A stretch of DNA of 64,000 bases from Prorocentrum cordatum (Eukaryota), in the NCBI GenBank assembly GCA_963575745.1, contig CAUYUJ010000114.1, positions 1 to 64,000 on the forward strand. The letters are read 5' to 3'. The notes beneath the pieces were generated by a model. It was not told where the DNA came from, did not search any database, and saw nothing but the letters and a program-made list of their open reading frames with translations. Both the position numbers and the translations under genes were made by a program. Of this stretch, positions 25,880-39,199 are shown in pieces (positions within the stretch are counted from its first letter, which is position 1; each line of letters starts with the position of its first letter).

Positions 25880-27930
25880 AAAACGTCTCCCCGTCGCACA
25901 CCGAGACCAATGTTTAGGGCGGGCTGGGCGTTTCGCCTGACACGTCATTACCACTTATGACTCTGAAGCTTAAACAATGGCAACAGCTTCACAGATGGAG
26001 GGCGGGTGGTGTTCAAAATGTGGCTCTCGCCTTAGCGCCGCGCACATTCGTTTCACAACTTGCAAAAGCTTCACGGATTGAGGGCAACTCGTTTTCAAAA
26101 TCTTGTTCTCGCCTCAGCGCCGCGCGCACTCGTCCCAACAAATGGCAAAAACTTCACGGATGAAGGGCTGCTCGTTTTCAACATGTTGTTATCGCCCTAG
26201 TGCCGCGCACAATCGCTTCGAAAAACTGCAACAGCTTCACGGATTGAGGGCAGATCGGTTTCAACTTGTGGATCTCGCTTCAGAGCCGCGCACAGTCGTG
26301 CTGGAAGCTTGCAAGGGTTTCACGGATGGAAGGCGGCTCGTTGTCAAAATGTTGTCCTCGCTTTAGAGCCGCGCACATTCGTTTCGGAAGCTTGCAAGAG
26401 CTTCACGGATGGAGGGCGGCTCGCGGAGTTTCACTGATTGAAGGCGGGTGGTGTTCAAAATGTGGCGCTCGCCTTAGCGCCGCGTACATTCGTTTCAACA
26501 ATTTGCAAGGGTTACACTGATTATTAAGGGCGGGTCGTTTTCAAAAGTTGGCTCTCGCCTTCACGCCGCGCACATTCGTTGTAAACATCCGCAAGACTTT
26601 CACTGATTGGGGACGGTTCCTTTTCAAAATGTGGCTCTCGCCTTAGCGCCCACCACACTCGTTCATAAAAGTTGTAAGAGTTTCCATGGTTCACATGGTC
26701 ATCGCACCAGGAATGGTAGTTTCTGGAAAGATTCAGAGCATGCGGGCGCAACAGGTATGTTGACTCGCGGTGTTGAAGTCCCAAAAACGGCGTTACGGCA
26801 CGGTTCCAGTTCGTCACGACGCAGCAGTCAGGCTGACCCGTTGCGTTGAAACCTCTAGAAACAATGTTCTGGCATGAGTCAGGTCTTCAAGGGTGTCCTC
26901 CAACGAGGTAGTTCCCCCAATGCAAAGGAACCGCTGCAGGGGCTTACGAAGAGGGAGCTTAGAGGGAGGGTTAATTCCAACATCGGTGATGACAATTTGG
27001 TTTAAACTGGTACTCCTCGTCCTCCTCCTCCACTTCCTCCTCCTCCTCCTCCATCCGTTTCCCTAATAAAAAACTTCCCCCTGTCGCACCCCGAGGCCAG
27101 ATTTTAGGGGCGGGTCGGGCGCTTCGCCTGGGACTCACTAACCATTTATGACCCTGGAGCTTAAACAGTGGCAACAGCTTCACAGATGGAGGGCGGGTGG
27201 GTTTCTTAATGTGGTTCTCGCTGTAGCGCCGCGTACATTCGTTTTGAACATTCGCAAGGGTTTAACAGACTAAGGGCGGGTCGTTTTCAAAAGTTGGCTC
27301 TCACCTCAGCGCCGCGCACATTCGTTTCAACAAGTTGCAAGAGTTTACACAGGTTGAGGGCGGGTCGTTTTCATAATGTGGCTCTCGCCTTAGCGCCGCG
27401 CACATTCGTTGCAAAACATTCGCAAACGTTTCACGAAGTGAGGGCTGCTCCTTTTCAAAATGTGCCTCTCGCCTCAGCGCCCCGCAAATTCGTCTTTAAA
27501 CATTCCCAAGACTTTCACGGATTGAGAGCGGTTCTTTTTCAAAATGTGGCGTTCGCCTCAACGCCGCACATATTCGTTTCAAACATTTTGAAGTGTTCCA
27601 CGGGTTTCCATGATCAACGTACCAGAAATGGCGTTTTGGAAGGAATCAGGACTACGCGGGCGCAACAGTTATGTTGATTCGCGGTGCTGAAGTCCCAAAA
27701 ATGGCGTCCTGGCACGATTCTGGATCGCCAAGGCGCAACAGTCAGGTTGATCCGTGGCGTTGAAATCCTAAAAAAAAATGTTGACACGCGTAAGGGTCTT
27801 CAACCTGTTGTCTTCCGGCGAGGCAATTCCCCCAATGGAAATGAACCGTTGCAGGGGCCTATAAAGAGGAAGCGTGCAGGAAGTGATAATTCCAACATCG
27901 GTGATGACTCTTGGGCTAACTCTGGTCCTC
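25880..27930 (+). mobile_element. Two head-to-tail copies of family X element (25880-27012 and 27070-27930), separated and flanked by (CCT)n
   Basis: Shared head, internal ~87-bp repeats and tail ttccaacatcggtgatgac at about 26975 and 27890. Confidence 0.8.
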
Positions 27931-28079
27931 TTCCTCCTTCTCCTCCTCCTCCTCCTCCTCCTCCTCCTCCTCCTCCTCCTCCTCCCCTCCTCCTCCTCGT
28001 CCTACTCCTTCACATCTGCTCGTCCTGTTCCTCCTCCTGTTCCTCCTGTTCCTCCTCCTCCTCCTCCTCTTCCTCCTGG

Positions 28080-28207
28080 TCGTAATCACAATCACCATCA
28101 CCATCACAATCACCATCAACATCACCATCGTCACCCTCATCACCACCACCACCACCATCATCATCATCAGCATCATCATCATCAGCATCAGCATCAGCAT
28201 CATGATG

Positions 28208-28258
<51 letters not shown>

Positions 28259-29240
28259 GTCATCATCATCAGCATCAGCATCATCATCATCATCAGCATC
28301 ATCATCATCATCATCATCAGCATCATCATCATCATCATCAGCATCAGCATCATCATCATCATCAGCGACATCATCATGATCATGATCATGAGCATCACCA
28401 TCATCAACAAAATCATCCTCATCCGCATCAACATCACCATCATCATGAACATCGTCATCAGCATGATCATCATCAGAATCCTCATCAGCATCATCATCAG
28501 CAACATCAGCATCAGCAACAGCATCATCATCATCATCAGCATCATAATCAGCATCAGCATCAGCATTATCATCCTAATCATCGTCATCATCCTCATAATC
28601 GTGGTCGTCCTCATGATCATCACCACCGCCACCACCGCCATCATCATCACCACCATCATCGTCGTCATCATCATCATCAGCAGCATCAGCATCATCATCA
28701 CCATCATCATCAACAGCGGCATCGACGTCATCGTCATCATAAAAACTACCAGCATCATCAGCGGCATCGTATGCACCATTATCGACATCATCATCATCAT
28801 CATCATCATCACCATCATCATCACCATCATCAGCATCAGCATCGTCGTCTGCGACATCATCGACCTCATCAGCATCATCAGGATCATCATCAACAGCATC
28901 ATCAGCAGCATCAGCATCATCATCGTCATCACTACCACCATCACCATTGTCATAAGCATTAGCAGCGGCATCAACAATATCCTCATCATCATCAGCAGCA
29001 TCGTCATCACCATCATCAGCAGAATCATCACCATCGACACATTCAGCATCGACATCATCATTGTCACCAACAACACCATCATCACAACCATCATCATCGT
29101 CATGATCATCATCAGCATCACCATCGTCGTCCCCATCGTCAGCACCATGACACCTTCATCATCATGATCATCATAATCATCAGCATCATTATCACCATCA
29201 CCACCACCATCAGCATGACCATCGTCATAATCGTCATCAA
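28080..29240. repeat. Long degenerate (CAT)n/(CAG)n microsatellite
   Basis: Direct inspection. Confidence 0.97.
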
Positions 29241-29389
29241 TTCCACTGTTCCCCCTCCTCATACTCTCCTCCTCCTTCCTGAAACTCCCCCTCTCCCCCA
29301 ATTGTTACCGCTTCTGCTGCATTTGCTGCACTCAAGTTGGCACGCCTATCGCACAGCACATGACTACATAAAGAGCCGCACCTATGGCC

Positions 29390-29931
29390 TAAATGGGCGT
29401 GCTCGCATGGCGTCCCCATGCCCATTCCGGCAAGTCCTTCACACGCTTCGCGGCCCAAAAGAAACCCCATTTATGGCCCCAGTGCGCGTGCTCGCATAGC
29501 GTCCTGCGTCCCCGTGCCCATGTCGGCACAACTCTCACACATTTCCTGGCCCACGAGGAGCTCCACGCATGGCTCGCATGGCGTCCCCGTGCGCATTCCG
29601 GCACACCGTTCAGAAAGTTCGCGGCCCCCACAGGCTGCACGTGCATGGCGCCCCCAGGCCCCAGACCCCTTACACGCGTCGTGCACGGCAGAAGGTTCCA
29701 CGCATGGCTACCATAGGCGCGTTCGCATGGCGTCCCCGCACCCATTTCGGCACACCACTCATGCACTTCGTCGTCCCCGCGCCCATCCCGGCGAATCTCA
29801 CACACACACACTCACACACATCGTGGCCCAGAGAAAGCTCCACGTATACCCCCAACGGGCGCGCTCGCATGGCGTCCCCGCGCCCACGTCGGCACAACGC
29901 TCACGCGTTTCGCAGCCTGGCCCCAGTTGTG
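29390..29931 (-). repeat. ~89-bp satellite (family C, related to A), left part
   Basis: gcgtgctcgcatggcgtcccc...cggcacacccctcacac units; the array continues at 39200. Confidence 0.85.
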
Positions 29932-30126
29932 CGTATAGGGATACGACCGAAGTGTCGATCCCACACTGGCGCCCGCAAGTAAAGGCACAAGGAAGAAAAC
30001 GCGGGCGAATCATTATGTTCCCGGGCGCCGCGCGGACGGCAGCGCTCTGTGTCCGTTTGCACCAATACCTGAACCGATAAAGTAGCGGTCTATAACAATA
30101 TAGTGGGGATATGAGCGGACTTCACA
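29932..30126 (-). repeat. 3' LTR
   Basis: Aligns end to end with 39004-39199 (gtatagggatac...gagcggacttcaca). Confidence 0.85.
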
Positions 30127-32289
30127 CACACACATACACACACCGTCCCGAGACCCGCCAGCTCCACGATGGCCTCGGGCCCTCGGGAGACAAGGGCAGG
30201 GCTCTGGATCAGAGGTGCGAGGTCCACTCGCATTACCGTCTGATCGACCGCACCTCCAAACGAGGTCGCATCGACTAGGAAGGTGAGAAATGGGCCAACC
30301 CCGCCACGCGGGGCACTTCGGGAGTCTACCCCCTTTTAGCAGGCCCAGGGTGCGCCCCCCAAGAAAACCCCAGCAATCCTGGACGACCCCCCGTCGCCAC
30401 AGGTGACGAGATTGCGGGGAGCAAGGGAGAATATCGAAAAGAGTACACAACTGCATCCTTCGACGCAGGCGTCTCCGCCGAGAGCGCGCAAACTACAACG
30501 GATCAGAGTAGTGGCGGCGACCCGATCAAAGTAAAAAATATCTCAATCACGGGGCCCTCCTGGCCCAAAATATTGATAGGGCCCTCCAGGCCCAAATTCG
30601 CACTGCTTCCAGATAATTGTGATAACAACTGATCGCTGCAAAGGTAACATGCATAACGTGAGGCGTTCCAGGCCTCACACGATGTACGGAAGAGGCACGC
30701 GCGACGTCAACTCATTGATGCGAGGATCCTCAAAAAAGAAAAATGCACGGCCAAAGTGGCAACGCAAACGTTGGCGAGCATTGCGTCGCAAATGCCATGG
30801 GAATTATGATGTGCATACGTCGTACTTTGTGTCTCCCGACTTCTCATGAAAGTCATATGTACCAAAATCAATCATGTTGTCGGCGGGCGACCTGTCGGGG
30901 CGCGGTTATGCCCTGACTGCCAAAGCGCACAGAACAAATTCACATATGTCAAGGCACGAATGGCATGAATGCAAGATAAACTAGGCAGTGGATACCTAGA
31001 AAGGTAAGACAACAATATCAAACAATACAAACCATAAAGGCCATCCGCGTCAGCATACCATCACATCATGATATGTCACAGGAACGGTTGCAACATTCAG
31101 TATTGTACTATTCTCAGATAGAATCTAGAAGTCATAATACCGATTGTCCCAGACACGATTGCCGCATTCATCAAGCCAACCAATGGCGCGGCCGCTGTTG
31201 TCGCCCAGCCAGATGCACTCGCAATCGCCCTCGCCAACGTAGACCCGTGCATTGGGAGAGAAAGACCGATAGCGGTACGATCGCGTTGGTAGCGTTCATG
31301 ATCATGGCGCCGCCACGCACGCACATTGCGGCGCTGGCGCGCGGCGCTACGGCTGCGGCCTCTTGGCTCCATCCCCCGTGGCAATCGCCACGGCGGCGTC
31401 GCAGGTCCCCGCGCTCTCGAGGCGGGGCCGGCGTCTCCTGCCCAGCCAGCGCCGGGGGCGCAGCCGCCGGCAGGGGCACGGCGGCGCGGGGATGGAGGGG
31501 CAGGGGTGGTGGGCAGGGGAAATGACGGGAGCGATGTCCTCGCCCCCATTACTTTTCGCTGCCCATTTGGGGACCTGCCGACGGAGCTCAGCCAGCGCAG
31601 CGCGGCCCATCGAACCCTGACCTCTCCCGGAGGGGGCAGGCAAGGTGGCGGGCCCGCGGTCGAGACGCTCGCTTCGGCTGAGCGCACCAGGGGCCTGTGC
31701 TCGTCGGCCAGCGCATCCAGAATTCACGCTGTCACGACGATGCTGCAGAGCGTCGCGCATATCATCGATCGTGAATGGCGGTTCGTTCTCGGCCAACCTG
31801 CCGTCCGTCCTTTGCGCGTTGGACAGAGGGTCGGTCTGGAAGCGCTCCGCGACGTCCACGCGTGGACCACGCAGGACAGCATTGTCGCGCTGATCGTCAG
31901 CATCAGCTCCGCCCAAGCGGCAGGCGCCTGAGCGAGGCCTGCCAGCCCCGACCAACCTGGCGCATCGTTCCCCCGCCGTGGCCACCTGTCTGCGACGGAA
32001 GTCGCGTCTTTTAGCCGCGCGGGAGCGGGTGCCCTGAAAGCGAATAGCAACGTCGGCAAGCATAAGATGCCGCGCGATGTCCTCAACCAAATTGAACACT
32101 TGCATGAAACTGGATCCGAGCAGCCCCGGCCCCCCCGCACTTTTGCGACCCACTGCGCACGTCGCAGATGTCACCGCGGAAAACGTTAGGGACATCGCGG
32201 TAGAAGCACTGACAATGACGCCTCGCGGTTCGCAGACCAATGGCACCATGCCCAATAAGCTGCTGGACGCGACCGCGGGCGTTACCACC

Positions 32290-33200
32290 GGCGCTCAACG
32301 ACCTCCCACGTGCCGACACCCCCGGCATTGACGATACCTCGTTCACCGACAGGGGCTACGAGGACGACGGCGCCCTCGGACCAGACGCCGACAGTGTTAT
32401 CATGTGGATCTTGCACCTTGCCAGATGCTGCAGATTCGATCTCATCCGCCCCGCGTGCATGCTCGCACGGGAGACCACGGCGTGGAATTACGCTTGCGAC
32501 AAGGGATTACACCGCCTGGCATACTACTTAAGATCAACACGCCTACACTTTCTACAAAGATGGATTGGTGATGCGTCGGGACATATATCGATCGCGCTCT
32601 TCACTGATGCCGCGTTTGCGGACTGCGTCAACACGTCGAAGTCGACCACTGGCGTCTTCGTAGCGCTGATGGGGCCGAACGCCTTCTTCCCACTGAACTC
32701 TGCGTGTAAAAAGCAGACCGCGGTTCCGCACTCCTCCGCGGAATCGGAGATCGCGGCACTCGACGCGGCTCTGCGCACAGAGGGTTTGCCTCCCCTGTAC
32801 CAATAGCAATACCACTACTGGTACACCACTGGCCGCCAAGAAGAAGCGTCGCAAACAATCACCACGACGGGCTCCGCCCACATGCGCTTCTTCTCCCGCG
32901 CCATGGCATCCACGAGAGCTACACGACCATCACCGACATCACCGCACAACATCACGCACGATGACATCGCATTTCATGCCCCACGTGGTCAATCTTATTG
33001 CGGCGGAGGATAACGAGGCCGCGAATACGATCGCCCACAAAAGACGGACACCAACACTCCGTCAACTTCATCGCACACATCGCATTGGGTTACGGAAACA
33101 TGTCAGCAGGGTCACATACAACTCAACTACTCGGGCACGTCAGAACAGGTCGCTGGCATGATGGCCAAACATTTTGAGCCCAAGAAGGCCCGCCTCTGGC
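32290..33200 (+). pseudogene. Copia RT C-terminus and RNase H remnant
   Basis: LARCCRFDL..., LFTDAAFADCVNTSKSTTG, KKQTAVPHSSAESEIAAL and EDNEAA...RTHRI motifs of Ty1/copia RNase H; contains stops and frameshifts. Confidence 0.92.
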
Positions 33201-35759
33201 AATAGCTCTTGGAGCCGTCGCCGATTCCCCCCGCCGCCGCGAAGACCGCGAAGACGCCGGAGATCGCCGAAGACGCCCGCCCATCGGCGGCCCTCGTGGC
33301 CAACAGTGTCTCTGCCCCGACCGCCCTGCGCACGCGCTGCCCGCTGCGTGCCTCGGGCGCATTGCACCCGCAGCCGTTTTCAAGATCACAAGCAATCGCA
33401 CGCGCCTCCCCCCCCAACCCTCGGCGACAGAAGTCAAACTGCGATCGCGAGTCGGCCCGGCATGCCGACCACTCCGAACAAGCTGCACAGCGCGCAGATC
33501 GGAGGCATGCACCCCGCTCGCGCCGATGGCAACGTCCGCGGCGGACCCGCGCGCGAGTCTCAGCTCGCCCGTCACCACTCCTCAACAGAGTACCCTGTGA
33601 GTTCTCTCCTGCGCATGGGGGAACGCCCGGACGGGGGCGGACAATTTTGGTCGCGCTCCAGCAAGCAAGGTCTCGTCAACACGCCCGCCCTGGAGACGTC
33701 TACGTTGCTGGGCGGGCAGCGAACTCCGCATCCCAACCCTGCCACTGCGGCGCCCCCGATGGAATTATTGCTTGTCTGGGTCACGGTCCTGGGACTGCAC
33801 GCGAAGTGCTCGGCCATCGACAACGCGTTGCGCCAGTATCCAGACTTCCCCTAGACCAGCGCACCTGCCACTGGCACCGACGGCCCCAAATAATCCCCTC
33901 GGGACGTTTGCACGCGCGTCGCCAGCAGCACGCGGAAGGTCTTGCGGATGCCCTGGGACAAGGTTGGCCGCGCGTTCATCGGACAAACGGCGGGCACGTC
34001 CATCGATGATGTTCTGCGCCTGTACGCAGATAGCCCCACGCCGCCCCTCGTAAGCGACTGACTGCGCACAACTTCTCACAGCAACCTCGCGAGTACGTCA
34101 AGTTGACGTCAACACCGCCTACGGCCCCACGCACTCCTGACATGGCAGGTCACATCGGCAATATTGCCGAAGCACTGCAGCGCACATGCTGTCGTGTCCT
34201 TCACGTGCTGACCGCCCACCACAGTCGCGAGATCAAGACACCTTTGTGGGTCACTGCCCGCAGCGGCGTTGGCGGCGACGCATCTCTGCCTGCGTCGGTG
34301 GCAACGCCCACAGATGATGACGCTTCGCACTTGCCGACTCGCTTCCTGGATCCTTGCGACCGACGCTGGACCCAGTGGGAGCCCAACATGTGCCATCCCA
34401 GTGATATCCCTGCGGATCGCACCGCCGGCGGTTTCAATCGCGACAACCTCTTTGCCACTGATGATATTGCCACGAGATGGTCGGCGTCTGCTGACGGCCA
34501 CTACATCACGCACATGTTCAGCGATCATGGCTGGAATCCTCTGTTCCAGGGGGCCTTTGGACCCACTGACCCGACGGCCATGCGTTCAAATGGGCAAACC
34601 TGCACAGTGATTCCAGCTGTCTCATGACACCCACAGGAAAAAAGAAAACCACCAAGACGCCATGCACAGGCATCGATGACATGAACACTGCCAGATTTCG
34701 GCACCAAGTTGCCGGCGTCTCCCACCCTGCGTTCGCATCGCTAGTTTGCCCCGGGACGCATGATTACCAGCGCCGGGCCGGAGCTACCCTAGGCGATTTC
34801 AATGCCAAGATGCGCGATGATATTATTATCTGGGCTTTGTCGCGGCATGGCGATAAACGGCGCTGGTTTTCAAATGATACCCCCATCGGCTGCGACTTGC
34901 CGCCGTTGCCTGCGCCCGGCGGTGACGCCCGCAGCTCTGACCCAGCTGATGCCAGACAGTGGGATCCTGAGGAGCTGCGGCTGCGACCTGACTGCCCACA
35001 GCTCCCCCAAGCAATACAATGCCGAGCAGCAGGACATCATCCGATGCATTCGCCAGGCTCGGGCATACTGCATGGCCGAGAAGTATCGCCTGCATCGCGA
35101 TCTCAACGAGATCATCTGGACTCACTGGGCATATTCTTCTCCAGCCTATGTCAAACAGCGGCACTACCAGCGCGGCTCGAGCGCATTCCTGCGGTGGAGT
35201 GGCAACGAGGCCGCCGCGGACGGCAACAACATGAACCTCCAGCCTCATAGAGCCACGGCGCGCCTGCACGCTGATCGACATCACTGGCGGTTGCAACCCC
35301 CTGGCGGGGTGGTCACATAACTACCATCCAAGTGGACGTGTCGCCTTGTATCGAAGTCCTGAATTGTTTCCGTTGTTTCACGGTTATGGGCCCTGGGAAG
35401 GCCCGTCAATGGGGTCTCCCGGACAAGTTTGACAACCTCACGGGCGGCATCACCACCACTTTCACTGGCCGCGGCATCGCGGTCCTTCCAGCCGAACAAT
35501 GGAACGACACCCAAGATCGCCAATCTGATACTTGCCTGGCATCCACTGAAGACGGATCACAACCTTGCGCAATTGACGCAACAATTCATGCACGCCGCCA
35601 CTCTACGGAATCAGAGGGCGGTTTCTATGTCGCTCCCGACACAGCCTATCACATTCCGTCATCCTTTGATCCAGCCGGTCAATGACTTTCACGGACACGC
35701 CCAAGGCGAGGAGATGCGAGGAGCAATCCGCATGCGCCTGGAGCATCCCGCAGGCGAGC

Positions 35760-38700
35760 AGCGTCCCGAATGCGTATCCGTTGTAGACGTTCAAGGTCAT
35801 GCATTGTGTCGTCGACGGCGGTGACTTTGTAGGATTGTACAATCGTCCAGTGTACCTGCCCACCTTTTCAGCATACGCCCAGCGTTGTCCTCCTGAGCTG
35901 TGAGGTTCTTCATGCGGTAGCGAAGCACAGAGTTGAGGACTCCAGTCGGTCCAGCTGCGAGTTTGCAGTCGATACTCTCGAAGTCGCCGCTGTCCTGGAG
36001 GTCCTCGTAGGTCGTGGTGGGTTGTTCTTCAACGCACAGGAACGCATAGGCCTTGGCAAGGCGTCCGGAAGCGCTACCATAGTTGTTGCGAACCCTATGT
36101 TACCACTCTTGTAGTTGCGGTATGCGTGGCAGTTGTGGTACGCGCGCGGTCTGATTTTATGACTTGAAATGTATTGTTAAGTGAGATGTGCAATGATGCG
36201 CGCGATGGAAACGGCTGGGTAGGTGAAGGGGGTCGCACAGGGGAAAAGCGACGCGTCTATGAAGAAGCCGCTGCGGGGGCGGCACCTGGCGATGCGCGCC
36301 GCGCGGGCCCTGTGAGGATGTCACCATCGGCATGTGTCTAGTCGGTCCTGTCGATGGTGAGGAGGTGGGGTTGCATGGTGGATATGAGCATTGCTCACGC
36401 GGGCTCTCAGTGTAGCTTCGTGGGTCGTGATGTCGCGCTGCATCTTGTGAACACTCTGTTGAACGCCACGCATCTCATCGTTGGCGTCGTGGGCTCGCTG
36501 GGAGCACCTGCCCGGCCGTTGCTCTATGCCCCGGGATTCGTCGGCGGTGGGCGTCCTGCTCTTTTTCCAAACGGGTGAGCGTTTCCTCTGCACGTGCCTT
36601 TTTTTCCGGCGTCTCGTTCATGGGAGATCTGGGTGACACGTAACTGCGCGTGGCCCGCCGCCATCTGGACCTCGGCCATTCGGGCCACGAGGGCAACGAA
36701 ATCGCAAGCCGAAGTCGGGGCGCGTAGCTGGCCAGTCTGGGCCCGCACAACACGCAACTCAGCCAGGCAGCCCTTATTTCAGGCAACTGCTGCTCGACCG
36801 TGGAGACGCGGTTCTCCAGCGCTGGCACGCGCCCCTCGGAGGCGTCAAGACGTTAAGCGAAAGCCATCTCGGCGCCGCGCAGCTTGCCGTTCAACCCAGA
36901 CGTGAGTGCCGCATGATGGAAATGTAGTGTGGCAGTGGCCATCTCGACCTGGGTGCGAAGTGCGTTGACATCCCCGCGTAGCGTTTGATCCGTGGGCCCG
37001 CGCACCTCCACAGGTGGCGTCTGTCGGGCCATCAGGAGTCCATCGCGTCAAGTCATGATGGCGGCAGCCCCGCTGTCTCTGAAACTCACCCATCCGCAGG
37101 ACTGAGTCGTGGAGCGTCTGGGTTGCGCTGGAGTGGGAACCTCGGTGTGGCTCCATCTGGTCAACTTGATTTTGGACCTGGGCGATGATCGATCGATCTT
37201 CAGCGATCCGAGCGTCGACTAAAACAAGAGTTGGTTGGAGCTTCTGTCTGGCGGTGGACGTTTGCGCGGCCAGACTCGGCCCTGTCGATGGTAAAGAGGT
37301 GGGGTTGCATGGTGGCTATGAGCATTGCTCACGAGGGCTGTCAGCGTAGCTTCGCGGGCCGCGATGTCGCGCTGCGTCCTGTGGACGCTCTTTTGAACGC
37401 CGCGCATCTCATCGTCAGCGTCGTGGGCTCGCTGGGAGTACCTGTCCGGCCGTTGCTCTAAGTTCCGGATTCTTCGGCGGCGTGCTTCCTGCTCTTTTTC
37501 CAAACGGGTGAGTGTTTCCTTGTTTCCTCTGCCCGCGCCTTTTTCTGGCGTCTCTTTCATGGGGTATCTGGGTGGCCCGTAACTGCGCGTGATCCGCCGC
37601 CATCTGGACCTCGGTCATTCGGGCTTCGAGGGAAGCGAAATTGCAAACCGAAGTCGGGGCGCGCACCTGGCCAGTCTGGGCCCGCGCAACACGCGGCTGA
37701 GCCAGCGCATCCCTTATTTCAGGCAACTGCTGCTCGACCGTAGAGACTCGGTTCCCCGGCGTTGGCACGCGCCCCTCGGAAGCGTCAAGACGCTGAGCGA
37801 AGGCCATCTCGGCACCGCGCAGCTTGCCGTTCAACCTAAACGCGCGCGCGGTACGTAGGAAATGTAGCGTGGCAGTGGCCATCTCGACCTGGGTGCGAAG
37901 TGCGCTGACATCCCCGCGTAGCGTTTGATCCGTGAGCCCACGCACCTCCACAGGTGGCGTCTGTCGGGCCATCAGGAGTCCATCGCGTCAAGTCCTGATG
38001 GCGGCAGCCCCGCTGTCTCTAAACCCCACAAGTTGGGCCTCCATCCGCAGGAATTAGCCGTGGAGCGTCTGGATTGCGCTGGAGTCGGAACTTCGGTATG
38101 GCTCCATCTGGTCAACTTGATTTTGGACCTGAGTGATGATCGATCTTCGGCGATCCGAGCGTCGACCAAAGCAAGAGTTGGTTGGAGCTTCTGTCTGACG
38201 GTGGACGTCTGCGCGGCCAGGCCCGACAACTGTTGGGTCGTGCACGTTTCAAACCGGTTTCGAAGTTCCGCCATGTCACTGGCAGTGGGGGGGATTGCAA
38301 GACTACATCTCGCGGCCGGGAGTCATGCCGAGAGCGTATCTGGGAGGGGCTACGGCTGGCGTCCCAAGTAGGAGAGCGAATGTGATACCGTTCTGGAACC
38401 TTGCGATGATATGTCCGTCCGGTACGATTCTCTGTGACACGCAAATGTTCGGAAACAGACACGCCCGCGGGTGATGTGACCTTAGCCCAGCGGCGGTTGC
38501 GCACGGAAGCGTCGTCTGGAGACAAAGCCGCAGCGCCGCCGCTGCGGGCGCTCCCGCCGGCGCCGTTCGTATCAGCGAAGGTTGGAGGGGAGGAGGGAGG
38601 TGTAGCGAAACCTGCCGCGGCTCCGAGGATAACTGCAGGCGTCCCCACCGGCGCATGATGCGTTCTAACGGACGTATCAGGCGCCGCGAAAGGCGAATCC

Positions 38701-38900
38701 AACCGTGGTCTCGAGGTCCTCGGCGCGTGAGCGCGCGCGGGCGGCGGCGGCAGCGGGGAATCAGGTAGGAGCTCCCCCAATGCAGCCGCTAGCGAACCGG
38801 TAGTACCTTCTCCTGAGAGGGGGGAAGCGGGTATCACAAATTATCTCGCCCTCTCCACAGGGCCGTCGCGACCGCGCGCCGTCGGGGACGCCGCGCGCCT
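35760..38900 (-). pseudogene. Copia gag remnant: low-complexity and coiled-coil N-terminal region plus core
   Basis: My translation of about 36145-35760 gives VPQLPRIPQLQEW*HRVRNNYGSASGRLAKAYAF...YEDLQDSGDFESIDCKLAAG...GRMLK(fs)GQVHWTIVQSYK, a Gag-core pattern I recognise from dinoflagellate copia elements. Confidence 0.7.
36344..38225. repeat. ~940-bp tandem duplication inside gag
   Basis: 36344-37277 aligns to 37278-38225 at offsets of 934-947. Confidence 0.92.
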
Positions 38901-39003
38901 GGAGGCACTGCGCCCCGAGGGGGGCAGCGCTATGCCAATGCGGCGGGGTCAACGATGACGCGAGTCGCAACAGCGAAGAGCGTAAACGAATAGGCGGGCA
39001 ACC

Positions 39004-39199
39004 TGTATAGGGATACATCCGAGGGGTCGATCCTACACTGGTGTCCGCAGGTAGAGGCAAAAGGAGGCAGAGATCAGGAAATCATGTTTTTTCCTGGGCG
39101 CTGCGCGGAGGGCAGCGCTCTGTGTCTGTTAGTGCCAATACCTGAGCCGATACAGTAGCGGTATACAAAGATGACATGGGGATACGAGCGGACTTCACA
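39004..39199 (-). repeat. 5' LTR (TGTGAA...TATACA on the minus strand)
   Basis: TG...CA termini; partner at 29932-30126; gag follows on the minus strand. Confidence 0.85.

Larger units (their letters stand above)
29932..39199 (-). mobile_element. Decayed, rearranged Ty1/copia LTR retrotransposon (~9.3 kb) inserted into a satellite
   Basis: Direct repeats of ~195 bp at 29932-30126 and 39004-39199 with TG..CA-type ends; Gag and RT-thumb/RNase H remnants inside; the interrupted satellite monomer resumes on the other side. Confidence 0.85.

Noticed and set aside
27874..29301. Poly-His, poly-Ile and poly-Met ORFs, and similar poly-Leu/Thr/Ser/Val ORFs at 1218-2208, 47368-49269 and 50440-52157
   Set aside because: Trinucleotide microsatellite artefacts.
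35382..35393. GGTTATGGGCCC, matching the half-tRNA-Met primer-binding site of Drosophila copia
   Set aside because: It is not next to either LTR and lies within the coding-like VMGP segment.
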